From: Omnitrophica WOR_2 bacterium RIFOXYA2_FULL_38_17
Lineage (GTDB): Bacteria; Omnitrophota; Gorgyraeia; Zapsychrales; Zapsychraceae
Assembly (NCBI GenBank): GCA_001805965.1
Contig: MHHG01000075.1
Coordinates: 8,826 to 72,825 of the forward strand
DNA: 64,000 nucleotides
Direction: 5' to 3'
Positions 47,742 through 56,618 of this stretch are shown here, one piece after another (the stretch's first letter is position 1; each line of letters opens with the position of its first letter). The notes beneath the pieces were generated by a model that was given only the letters and a program-made list of their open reading frames with translations, had not been told where the DNA came from and searched no databases. Made by a program: the position numbers and the translations under genes.

Positions 47742-50087
47742 TTACTTATTCCAAAGTTCTTTATAAACAAAGTAACTTTTTCTAAGTTGCCGCAGATAAG
47801 GACTGTGCGTTCCGATACCTTGCCCTACAAGACCAAACCATTCTTCAAAATAATACCCCCCAGGAAAAGGGCCTATAGCATCTGATTTTCTATCATGCAT
47901 GTAAGGCTCATAGTTTTTCCACCATTCATCCATCCACTGAAAAGCTATTCCGCCTAATGAATTTCCAACGCCTTTAGCATTTCCTGCTGTATTCTCATCA
48001 ATGTCAAGCCAGTTGCCCAGATGATAATCCGCCTGAGCTGTCTCTGCTTCATCTAAAGATAAATGCGGTGCAAAAGCCGGACACCCATATTCTGTAATAA
48101 AAGCCGGCTTTTGGCTTGCATCCTGTACTTGCTCCCAGAAAGAACCAAAACCATAGTTTCCACGATAAACATTTGCTGCAAAGATATCAACGTTGGGACA
48201 GAACTTGCCAAAAAGGTCCAGATACAAAGTATCCCCGTTACAAATAGCAACTGGATGATTCTTATCAACTGATTTGATCCATTGGGCTACTTCATCAATA
48301 AACTTAAAATAAGCTTCCGGCTTGCTGTCTGCATTGGAGGCAACACCATAATTATTCTCATTTCCTAAAAGCCACATCAGGACATACGGCTCATCTTTAT
48401 GTCTTAAAACCATCTTTTTTACAGATTCAAGCATATTCTTTTTGTGTTCTTCATTTTCATAGTCTGTTCCTTCAAACCAAGTTGCGCCAGAACCTTTTGC
48501 ATATTTACCCACAAAATCTCCAATTATAACTCTGATACCATAATTGTTATACATATCCGTCATAAGCTCTTTGTTCAATACTTCAGGGTCATGATAAACC
48601 CTTATAGTATTAGCACCCATTTCCTTCAGCAACTGAAAATCACCCACTACTGTCTCATCAGAATCCTGCTCATTGTTCCTGTTTTTATCAACCCAAGAAT
48701 CATATGGGCCATCAACTTTACCATTCTCATTCGAGTCTTCTTCCATCCAGTTCTCTAAAGTGCCTTTATCAGGACTTTGTCCTATTTTAGTCGGCGTATA
48801 TGTGATACCTTTAATAATATATGGTTTTCCGTTTACCAACATTTGCCAATGACCATTATCATACTGGACCAATCTAACGTCACCAGAACCTACTTCCTTG
48901 ACAACTTTTCCTAAAGGTACTTTTTCCTTTAGATCAAGAGTATCCTTAACCTTGCTTATTATCCCCTTATTGACAATTCTTCCCGGGAACGTAATGATCT
49001 CATCATTTTCCGTAAAATTATCAAAACCATTTATAACTTGTATATTCATCCATTTACTATCCAGGCCAAGCTCTGGATGAAGCCTTATAATATGCCTTAT
49101 TTTAGCAATTGCCGCCTGGGCTGGATACCAGGGCGTCTGCCAATTGGTCCATGATACAGTCTTTGGGAAATGGACTATTAATGCATAATATGCCTTAAGG
49201 GCTTCGTGATACATTTTAGCCTTCTCAAATATCATTCCGATATAAAAAAGCTTCACTCCTTGCGGCTCAGGAGCGGTTACCCATTTAAAATATGCAGCCT
49301 CAAGGTCATCGCTATTGACAAAATCCCAATGTTTACCTTTAAGTCGCCCTTCATTTCTAACAACTTTAAATCTTGGGTTATTATAAACTGAGCTTGTGTT
49401 AGGATAAATACCTTCGCCAACTGCCATAACAAGCCCTTCAAGGTTCTCTATTTTGTATGAATATTTACTTGTCCCAACCTCTATAAACTTGCCATACTTG
49501 GTATAATCAATTACATTTTCAGTCCCTATTGTATAAAGTATCGGCTTTGTTCTATTTACTTTATTAAAATGCTCCTGAATGTCTTCCTCATATTTTCCTG
49601 TCAAAACATCAATACTTGCCTGGCTTTTTTCAACTACAGACCAATACCATCCCCTAGGATCCCACGATTGAGCCCATTTGTATTGCTTGATAATATCTTC
49701 AAACTCTTTTATAGCCTCATCAGTTTTTCCCGTGTTCATCAAGGCTTCAGCTCTGATAAACAAACAAGTAGCAACGTCATTTAATGCCTGATATTCATCT
49801 TCCGTACCCGGTACAGGAAAATCAGTCATGCTATCTTGGAGAAAAAACGCTTCATCTCCATAAAGTGCTATACACTGCCCTATAATATAATCAAGTTTTT
49901 CCATGTCCTTTTTATAAGAAGCCTCCCAGGCCTGATTAACAAGCTCTTTGGAGGAAACTTTTATTTCAGCTACCGCCTCTTCTATGGCAAAAGATATTTG
50001 AGGAAAAATCATTAGCAAAACACCGCTAATGATAAGAATCAATACACTGTTAGAAAGATTAAATTGTTTTTTAATTGTTTTTTTCAT
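47742..50087 (-). CDS. Secreted clan GH-A glycoside hydrolase (GH2/GH158-like TIM barrel) with N-terminal Trp-rich repeat
   Basis: VNGKPY.IKG, MGANTIRVY, WLLGNEN (acid/base), FITEYG (nucleophile), FQWMDEWWK, EEWFG. Confidence 0.85.
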   Translation of the reverse strand: MKKTIKKQFNLSNSVLILIISGVLLMIFPQISFAIEEAVAEIKVSSKELVNQAWEASYKKDMEKLDYIIGQCIALYGDEAFFLQDSMTDFPVPGTEDEYQALNDVATCLFIRAEALMNTGKTDEAIKEFEDIIKQYKWAQSWDPRGWYWSVVEKSQASIDVLTGKYEEDIQEHFNKVNRTKPILYTIGTENVIDYTKYGKFIEVGTSKYSYKIENLEGLVMAVGEGIYPNTSSVYNNPRFKVVRNEGRLKGKHWDFVNSDDLEAAYFKWVTAPEPQGVKLFYIGMIFEKAKMYHEALKAYYALIVHFPKTVSWTNWQTPWYPAQAAIAKIRHIIRLHPELGLDSKWMNIQVINGFDNFTENDEIITFPGRIVNKGIISKVKDTLDLKEKVPLGKVVKEVGSGDVRLVQYDNGHWQMLVNGKPYIIKGITYTPTKIGQSPDKGTLENWMEEDSNENGKVDGPYDSWVDKNRNNEQDSDETVVGDFQLLKEMGANTIRVYHDPEVLNKELMTDMYNNYGIRVIIGDFVGKYAKGSGATWFEGTDYENEEHKKNMLESVKKMVLRHKDEPYVLMWLLGNENNYGVASNADSKPEAYFKFIDEVAQWIKSVDKNHPVAICNGDTLYLDLFGKFCPNVDIFAANVYRGNYGFGSFWEQVQDASQKPAFITEYGCPAFAPHLSLDEAETAQADYHLGNWLDIDENTAGNAKGVGNSLGGIAFQWMDEWWKNYEPYMHDRKSDAIGPFPGGYYFEEWFGLVGQGIGTHSPYLRQLRKSYFVYKELWNK

Positions 50088-50109
50088 TAATAACCGGCTC
50101 TTTTGTTGT

Positions 50110-50955
50110 TTACCCAACTGTTGCCCCTGTGATTATTCCTTTAAGACTATGCTTCTGCATTGCCAGGAATACAAAAATGATCGGAACTGCCGCAATAGTA
50201 AGCCCTGCCATAAGAACAGGATAATCAACGCTATGCGATCCCTGAAATTTCATCAGCCCCGTCTGTAAAGGCATCAAACTGTTCTCGTTCAATAACAGCT
50301 GCGCCAATATGTATTCATTCCAGACATTAAGCGAATTGAAAATGATGATAACCACTATTGCAGGCTTTGTCAATGGCAACCCAACATGCCACCAGATTCT
50401 TAGCTTGCTGCAACCATCAATACGGGCAGCATCTTCTAGGTCTGTGGGCATTTTATCAAAAAATGTTTTGAGTAAAATTATGCTCATTGACAAACCAACG
50501 TTTATCATACAAAGTATATATCCTATTCGCGTATTGGCAAGCCCCAGTTTTGTCATCAGCACATATAAAGGAACAAATCCACCCGGAAGAGGGATCATCA
50601 TTGCGGCCAAAAACATGATAAAAAAGAAGTTTTTGCCAGGAAATTCTAATCGAGAAAAGGCAAAAGCTGCTAATGATGAAATAATTACTATGCCCGTAAC
50701 AACTACAACTGTATACAAAATACTATTCCACAAATAAATACCAAAACCTCCCTCTATCCAGGCTGTAACATAATTGTTGAAGTTAATAACTGCTGGTATT
50801 ATGGATTTATCTGTAAATATTGTGTCCAGGCTCATTAAAGAAGAACGAAACATCCAAAAAAGAGGGAATAAACACGTTATTGCAGCAACCATAAGGAAAG
50901 CATGAATAATGACACTACCTAACAATTGCAACATTCTATATTTGTTCGTTTTCAT
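50110..50955 (-). CDS. Carbohydrate ABC transporter permease (MalG-like)
   Basis: LEDAARIDG EAA motif, WNEY, six TM. Confidence 0.95.
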   Translation of the reverse strand: MKTNKYRMLQLLGSVIIHAFLMVAAITCLFPLFWMFRSSLMSLDTIFTDKSIIPAVINFNNYVTAWIEGGFGIYLWNSILYTVVVVTGIVIISSLAAFAFSRLEFPGKNFFFIMFLAAMMIPLPGGFVPLYVLMTKLGLANTRIGYILCMINVGLSMSIILLKTFFDKMPTDLEDAARIDGCSKLRIWWHVGLPLTKPAIVVIIIFNSLNVWNEYILAQLLLNENSLMPLQTGLMKFQGSHSVDYPVLMAGLTIAAVPIIFVFLAMQKHSLKGIITGATVG

Positions 50956-50979
50956 ATTAATCCAAAAACAGGTTAATAT

Positions 50980-51903
50980 TTATATTTTTTTCAATTTATC
51001 TGAAACTATCTTAACTGAAAATGATATCATTATAAGGATCAAACCAAATGAAACACCTTGGGCGCAAGCATATCCGAATCTTTTCGATCCAACCATAGCG
51101 TCAAGTATCTGAGTAACGGGAACTGAAGTATAATCAGCCAAACCATTGCCCATCATAGAAATAATCAGAACGAACGCCTGCATTGATCCCAATATCGTCA
51201 GAATAACAACAACACAAATAACAGGGGTCATCATTGGCAATGTAACGTTCGTCAACATGCCCCAATATCCTGCGCCATCGACTTTAGCAGCTTCATAAAG
51301 CTGCCTATCAATTGTTTGAAGGCCCGCCAAAAACATGATAAATCCCCAGCCAAAGCCCTTCCAGCTATGGACGATCGCTATACATGGCAATGCTGTCTTG
51401 GGATTGGAAAGCCAGTTGTTTATTAAATGCTGCAAATGAATCTTGTCCAAGAAATAATTTAATAAACCGATATGTTCTGCGGACTGCGTCCCCGAATAAA
51501 GTATCCATGTCCAGATCAAACCAACAACTACTTCAGAAAGAACCGGCGGGATAAAAAAGACCACCCTATAAAAGTTCTTCATTTTCAATTCACGGTCACA
51601 AGCAAACGCTAAAGCAAAAGCCAACAAATTCTGAAACGTCAGGGCGACTAAAGTAATAAAGCCCGCGTGCCACAAAGACCCCCACCAGTCATTATCATTG
51701 ATCAATTCAAAAAAATTATCAAAACCAACAAACTGTTTTTGAAGATCAATCCCATTCCACTCGTGTAAAGATAATTTGAAGATATCACAGAACGGATAAA
51801 TATAAAAAACCGAAAAGATCATTACCGCAGGGACAATAAACAAAAAACTAGTTAAATTGTCGTGAAACAAAGAGCTCTTTTGTTTTACTAATGCATTACT
51901 CAT
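50980..51903 (-). CDS. Carbohydrate ABC transporter permease (MalF-like)
   Basis: FVGFDNF, LAGLQTI...LYEAAKVDGA, VTLP. Confidence 0.95.
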   Translation of the reverse strand: MSNALVKQKSSLFHDNLTSFLFIVPAVMIFSVFYIYPFCDIFKLSLHEWNGIDLQKQFVGFDNFFELINDNDWWGSLWHAGFITLVALTFQNLLAFALAFACDRELKMKNFYRVVFFIPPVLSEVVVGLIWTWILYSGTQSAEHIGLLNYFLDKIHLQHLINNWLSNPKTALPCIAIVHSWKGFGWGFIMFLAGLQTIDRQLYEAAKVDGAGYWGMLTNVTLPMMTPVICVVVILTILGSMQAFVLIISMMGNGLADYTSVPVTQILDAMVGSKRFGYACAQGVSFGLILIMISFSVKIVSDKLKKI

Positions 51904-53207
51904 TGTATTTTCTTGCGCCTGTTCTCTTTTTCAATAACTTTTTGCTTGAGGTCCTGGACTTCCTGAGCTACTTGCCTTGGGGTTTTATCGCCGATAATAA
52001 TCGATTGTATACCTTTATCAAATTTATCTGTGACAAGAACTGCCTCATTGTATTTCCATATGGTTGGATGCGTGGTCTGATCGGAAACTTTAGCAAAATC
52101 AGATAACACTTTTGGTATTGATAAAAGGGCTTTTCTGTTTGCCGGTAAATTCTTTGTTTCCCCAGATAAAAATGTCTGCTGCTCTTCTGCTGTAAGCCAT
52201 TTTAAAAAGGCAATAGCCTTGTTTTTATTAGGGGTGCTGTTATTAACAACAAATGAGGATCCTGCTGCTCCCCATATTTTCATGGGAAAATCAAGGCTGA
52301 TTGGCGGCGGAATCATTGGCGCATAATCAAGGTCAGGATTCATTTTCTGATAAACATTAACGCACCATGAGCCATTAAAAGCAAAAGCGGCGCGCTCTAA
52401 AGCGAAATCCTGTTCAGCAAATTTATTTACTTTTGTAACGATCCCATCTATCAATGCGCCTTTGTTCTTCAAAGTCTCAAAGACCTCAAACACTTTGATC
52501 CAGTCAGGGTCAGTATACGGAACTTCTCCACGGTATGTTGCCATGATTTTTTCTTCACCCATAATATTAAAAGCATAGTTTGAAGCAAAACAATCAGCCA
52601 GCCATAGTTCACCCCAACCGGAAACAAAACCTGTTATTCCTATACGTTTCAAAGCGCCGATCATTACCAGAAATTCATCAAATGTCTTTGGAGGCCTATC
52701 AAAGCCAGCTTTTTTAAGCAGTTTTTTATTATAAAGCATTTGAATATTCGTTATATCAAGTGGCACCCCATAGATACCAGGCTTAACGCCATAAACATTA
52801 TCTTCCTCAAATCTGTTTATATCTAATGCTTTTGGGAACAGGCTCTTTTCCCATTCACTATTGTTCTTTGCAAACTCGCTTGTTAGCTCAGAAACAAAGC
52901 CATTCTTAATAAATGCTGCAAAGACTTCTTTTTTATCTAGGATTCCAAAAATATCTGGCAGGACTTTTGCTTGTGCGGATGCGATTACTTTGCGCGTATA
53001 TGAGTCTGAAGGGGCATATAAATCAATCTTAATTTTAATACCGGTTTGCTCTTCATATCTCTTAGCTAGCTCCTGCAAAACCTCTTCTCTGTCTGTCATC
53101 CAGTGCCATAAAGTTACCGTATTGGTATCCTTTTGTTTTTTAGCACAACCAAGGCAAACTAGCGTAAGTAATAATATTATTAATACTTTTTTGATAGATA
53201 ACTCCAA
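51900..53207 (-). CDS. Sugar ABC transporter substrate-binding lipoprotein
   Basis: Lipobox CLGC, VTLWHW, LPDIF, YGVP, LYNKKLL.KAG...PPKTFDEF, A.AFLKWLT. Confidence 0.93.
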   Translation of the reverse strand: MELSIKKVLIILLLTLVCLGCAKKQKDTNTVTLWHWMTDREEVLQELAKRYEEQTGIKIKIDLYAPSDSYTRKVIASAQAKVLPDIFGILDKKEVFAAFIKNGFVSELTSEFAKNNSEWEKSLFPKALDINRFEEDNVYGVKPGIYGVPLDITNIQMLYNKKLLKKAGFDRPPKTFDEFLVMIGALKRIGITGFVSGWGELWLADCFASNYAFNIMGEEKIMATYRGEVPYTDPDWIKVFEVFETLKNKGALIDGIVTKVNKFAEQDFALERAAFAFNGSWCVNVYQKMNPDLDYAPMIPPPISLDFPMKIWGAAGSSFVVNNSTPNKNKAIAFLKWLTAEEQQTFLSGETKNLPANRKALLSIPKVLSDFAKVSDQTTHPTIWKYNEAVLVTDKFDKGIQSIIIGDKTPRQVAQEVQDLKQKVIEKENRRKKIQ

Positions 53208-53291
53208 AGATTTTTAAGGGTTAACCTCAAATTTAAAATATGGCACTAATATGATCAAATACAAAATTATTTTAGTCTTTATAGAGATGGA

Positions 53292-53320
53292 AGTATATCA
53301 TTTAGTTAAATTAATGTCAA
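53292..53320 (-). promoter_or_regulatory. Sigma70 promoter of the ABC/hydrolase operon
   Basis: TTGACA-17 nt-TATACT with extended TG. Confidence 0.8.
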
Positions 53321-53358
53321 AAGGTAAAAACAGGGATTATGAAGGGAATTTAAGGAAT

Positions 53359-53709
53359 CTATCGGCTAGCTGGCGCGGTCATTTCATACAATTGTGATAA
53401 CCGCATGAAGTTAATTTTTGAGAATTTCATACCAACATCCCAGGATCTGTCTTCTTTCATTCTTGCCCAAACCACATCACCTTTAAGAGAAACTGGAAGA
53501 CTGTTTTTGGGAAGGTCAACTTCAATCGTAAGGGTATCATTAACTATCACTTTATCTGTAAAGGTAAATCTTGCTCCCTGTGCCGATGCATCTCTCAATA
53601 AAATTTTAGAGCCAAAATCCTGACGCGAATCCTTGATCTTTGCAGGAAAACGAGCAACAAAACGCTCAAACAACCTATTATCTTTAATATTTTCTTTTTC
53701 TTGTAACAT
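53359..53709 (-). CDS. Stand-alone PilZ domain protein
   Basis: RLFER (RxxxR) and DASAQG (DxSxxG), G.VVW, VGMKF. Confidence 0.88.
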   Translation of the reverse strand: MLQEKENIKDNRLFERFVARFPAKIKDSRQDFGSKILLRDASAQGARFTFTDKVIVNDTLTIEVDLPKNSLPVSLKGDVVWARMKEDRSWDVGMKFSKINFMRLSQLYEMTAPASR

Positions 53710-53723
53710 GCCCGTTATAAATT

Positions 53724-54053
53724 TTATTTTTCCTGAAAATATCTATCAAGACGGCCTTTTGAGCCCCTAAGAACATCTTCAAACGACACTCCAACCTTAT
53801 AATCTTCAGTACCTTCAATAGGCCTTATCCACTTTACTTTGCCTACAACAAAAACCGGCTCTCCATCTTTTGAAAGGTCTATTTCAATGTTGATCTTCTT
53901 GTTCAGCGGCATTTTATAATGTGAAACAAAGCCAAATCCACCTTTGCTAAAGTCAAATGTGCTGATATTCTCAAAGGAGCTACCCTCTTTTCCTTCAACT
54001 GGGACCAAACATTCCAGCCTGTCTGATTGTCTTTTTTCTTGTTTTTCGTTCAT
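53724..54053 (-). CDS. Stand-alone PilZ domain protein
   Basis: EKRQSDR (RxxxR) and DFSKGG (DxSxxG), GKVKW, VGVSF. Confidence 0.9.
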   Translation of the reverse strand: MNEKQEKRQSDRLECLVPVEGKEGSSFENISTFDFSKGGFGFVSHYKMPLNKKINIEIDLSKDGEPVFVVGKVKWIRPIEGTEDYKVGVSFEDVLRGSKGRLDRYFQEK

Positions 54054-54160
54054 TTTATTATTCCTAGTATTGTTGCTTAAGCAAATATTGTTAACAGTAA
54101 ATTCCTGTAATTTGAATATCCCGCTTAAATTTTTGAAATTTTGATAATATTATAAGATTT

Positions 54161-54174
54161 TGGAAACGCTTTCT
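54161..54174. promoter_or_regulatory. Candidate LacI/cre-type operator
   Basis: TGGAAACGCTTTCT fits TGNAANCGNTTNCA except at the last base. Lies between the divergent PilZ and CvpA genes. Confidence 0.35.
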
Positions 54175-54354
54175 TGTACATCTCAAATATAGTACATTAA
54201 TGCGCTAAAAGCAAATTTTAAAAAAATATTTTTTCAACCTTTTATCTTGATAAGAATAAATTTTATCTCTTAACAATTGAATTAGCAATTATACAATGCT
54301 ATACTGAAATAAAATTTACAAAGTCCATTCTTAAATATTAAAAAGGCATTTGTT

Positions 54355-55194
54355 TTGAATTGTTATACAGACTCCATAATAAGAGTAATCCTGATAATAT
54401 TTTTCGTCAAAGGCTGCCTTCAGGGAATAAGCAAATCTGCACGAGCACCTATTTCTCTTATGCTTGGAGGATTCATAAGCCTTTTATATTATCAGGCAAC
54501 TTCAAACCTGATGAAAACAATGCTTATCAGCTTGGTAAGCCCTATCTTGATAAGCATCACGTTATCTCTCACTCTAAAGTACTTCACTAAAACAATTGTT
54601 AAGAGCAAAGAGCCCTCGCCTCTCAGCCGTCTCGGGGGAGGAGCTATCAGCTTGGCCTGGAACAGCATTTATCTGTGTTTGGTCTTGATATTCATTTCAA
54701 TTTTTCCTGGAAGCAATGCCGATTTTCAGGCGATGCAAAACGATGTTTTAAGATCAAGCAGTTTTGCGCTGGCCAAAGACCTGTCCCGGAACGTTTTCCC
54801 GGTAGAGGCCCTCGATATAAAAACATTGTTCTCGAATTTACAAGATGTCAAGAAGATCGAGAAACTGCGCTCAACGAAAGCCTTCAAAAGAATTATGAAC
54901 AACAAAAAATTCGTGGATTTTTTGACGGACGAAACAATAACAAAAGACCTTATGAACCAAGACATATCAAAAGTCCTGTCCAATCCAAAGCTGCAAGATA
55001 TGCTTAAGGACAAAGAATTGCTTGAGCAGCTCTACGACCTTAACAAAACGATCCTGTCACAAAACTCAGAAACCGATGATGACGAGAGCAACTATGAAGA
55101 TTACTTTTCGCAAGAGGACTCTTCCGAAAAGGATTATTTTAATGATGCCGAAGAGGACAAGAGCCCGCAGAGCTCTTACGATTGGAACAGCTAA
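54355..55194 (+). CDS. CvpA (colicin V production) family membrane protein with acidic tail
   Basis: D.II..I...F.VKG..QG, four TM, LSRLGGG, S. Confidence 0.75.
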   Translation: MNCYTDSIIRVILIIFFVKGCLQGISKSARAPISLMLGGFISLLYYQATSNLMKTMLISLVSPILISITLSLTLKYFTKTIVKSKEPSPLSRLGGGAISLAWNSIYLCLVLIFISIFPGSNADFQAMQNDVLRSSSFALAKDLSRNVFPVEALDIKTLFSNLQDVKKIEKLRSTKAFKRIMNNKKFVDFLTDETITKDLMNQDISKVLSNPKLQDMLKDKELLEQLYDLNKTILSQNSETDDDESNYEDYFSQEDSSEKDYFNDAEEDKSPQSSYDWNS

Positions 55195-55201
55195 AACCAC
55201 C

Positions 55202-56617
55202 CTACTTACCGATACAAAACTGAGAAAATATATTATCTAAAAGATCATGATCAATATTCCTTCCTGTAATATTATCGAGAAAGTTCACTGATATTTTGAT
55301 ATCTTCAGAAATAAACTCCAGGGACAACTCGCCCCTTAAATCCTGCTCAGCTTTTTCCAGTAGCGAAAAACATTTCTTCAATGCTTCAACATGACGAAGA
55401 TTACTGATCATGACTCCGTGTGTATCCACTGTCTTTTGATGCCATACATTATTGACAATCGCTGTTTCTAGCTCGTCAATGCCAAAACCTTCAGTAGCTG
55501 AAACTTTGATCAATATAGGATCTTTCAATAAACGCCTTACTTTTTCAATATCCGCTATTTGCTCAAGGTCACATTTATTGGCAACTACTATCACGTTTCG
55601 ATCGCCTACATTTTCCATGATCTCAATATCTTCTTTAGATAGCCCGCTGCCGGCATCAATAACAAGCAAGACAATATCAGCGCTCTGAAAATGCATACGG
55701 CTTCTCTTGATGGCTTCTTCTTCGATAAGATCCCTGGGAGCAATGATTCCCGCAGTATCAACCAATTGAAAAGGTATGCCTTTGATCTGTACAGATTCTT
55801 CAATAGAATCCCTGGTCGTTCCGGCTATCGAAGAGACTATGGCCCTAGGCTGCTTGAGAAGGACATTTAACAACGACGACTTGCCGACATTAGACTTGCC
55901 GCACAAGGCAATTTTAATGCCCTCTTTCAATATCTTGCCATGGTCGCTAGTTTCCAATAGCTTTCTCACCTTGTCTTTTTCAACAAGTATCCTGTCCGCA
56001 ATATCCGGCCTGTTCTTTACATTTATCCCGTCTTCGGGAAAATTTACAATAGCCTCAATTTCCACATAAATATCCATTAGCTTTTGGCGAATCAAATCAA
56101 GCTCCAAAGACAGCTGGCCCTTGAGCTGATGAGCGCTAACCTTAAGAAAAGCCTTGGTTTTTGCATTAATAATATCCAATACTGACTCCGCCTGCGTAAG
56201 GTCTATCCTGCCGTTAAGAAAAGCCCTTTTCGTAAATTCTCCAGGCTCAGCCAACCGCGCCCCAAGATCAGTAGCCAAAACAAGGACCGCTTTTACAGAC
56301 ATCATTCCTCCGTGACAGCCGAACTCCACAACATCTTCTCTTGTATAGCTCTTTGGTCCCCTCATAACTGTCAACAAAACCTCATCTATTATCTCCCGCT
56401 CTAAGGAAGACTTGCCTGCCTTTACATCAACAACATCGCCATAACAGACAGAATGGCTTTTCATTTCAGAGACTTTTTTGTTCCCCTTTGATACAAACAT
56501 TCTATCAGCTATCTCGATCGCATCCTTGCCGCTAAGGCGGACTATACCTATGGCCCCTGCGCCGGCCGCGGTCGATATAGCAACTATGGTATCTTCCATA
56601 TCTTTGTAATTATACAT
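55202..56617 (-). CDS. mnmE: tRNA modification GTPase MnmE
   Basis: DTIVAIST, AEPGEFTKRAFLNG, GKSNVGKSSL, GTTRD, DTAG, NKCD, FCIGK. Confidence 0.99.
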   Translation of the reverse strand: MYNYKDMEDTIVAISTAAGAGAIGIVRLSGKDAIEIADRMFVSKGNKKVSEMKSHSVCYGDVVDVKAGKSSLEREIIDEVLLTVMRGPKSYTREDVVEFGCHGGMMSVKAVLVLATDLGARLAEPGEFTKRAFLNGRIDLTQAESVLDIINAKTKAFLKVSAHQLKGQLSLELDLIRQKLMDIYVEIEAIVNFPEDGINVKNRPDIADRILVEKDKVRKLLETSDHGKILKEGIKIALCGKSNVGKSSLLNVLLKQPRAIVSSIAGTTRDSIEESVQIKGIPFQLVDTAGIIAPRDLIEEEAIKRSRMHFQSADIVLLVIDAGSGLSKEDIEIMENVGDRNVIVVANKCDLEQIADIEKVRRLLKDPILIKVSATEGFGIDELETAIVNNVWHQKTVDTHGVMISNLRHVEALKKCFSLLEKAEQDLRGELSLEFISEDIKISVNFLDNITGRNIDHDLLDNIFSQFCIGK

Positions 56618-56618
56618 T

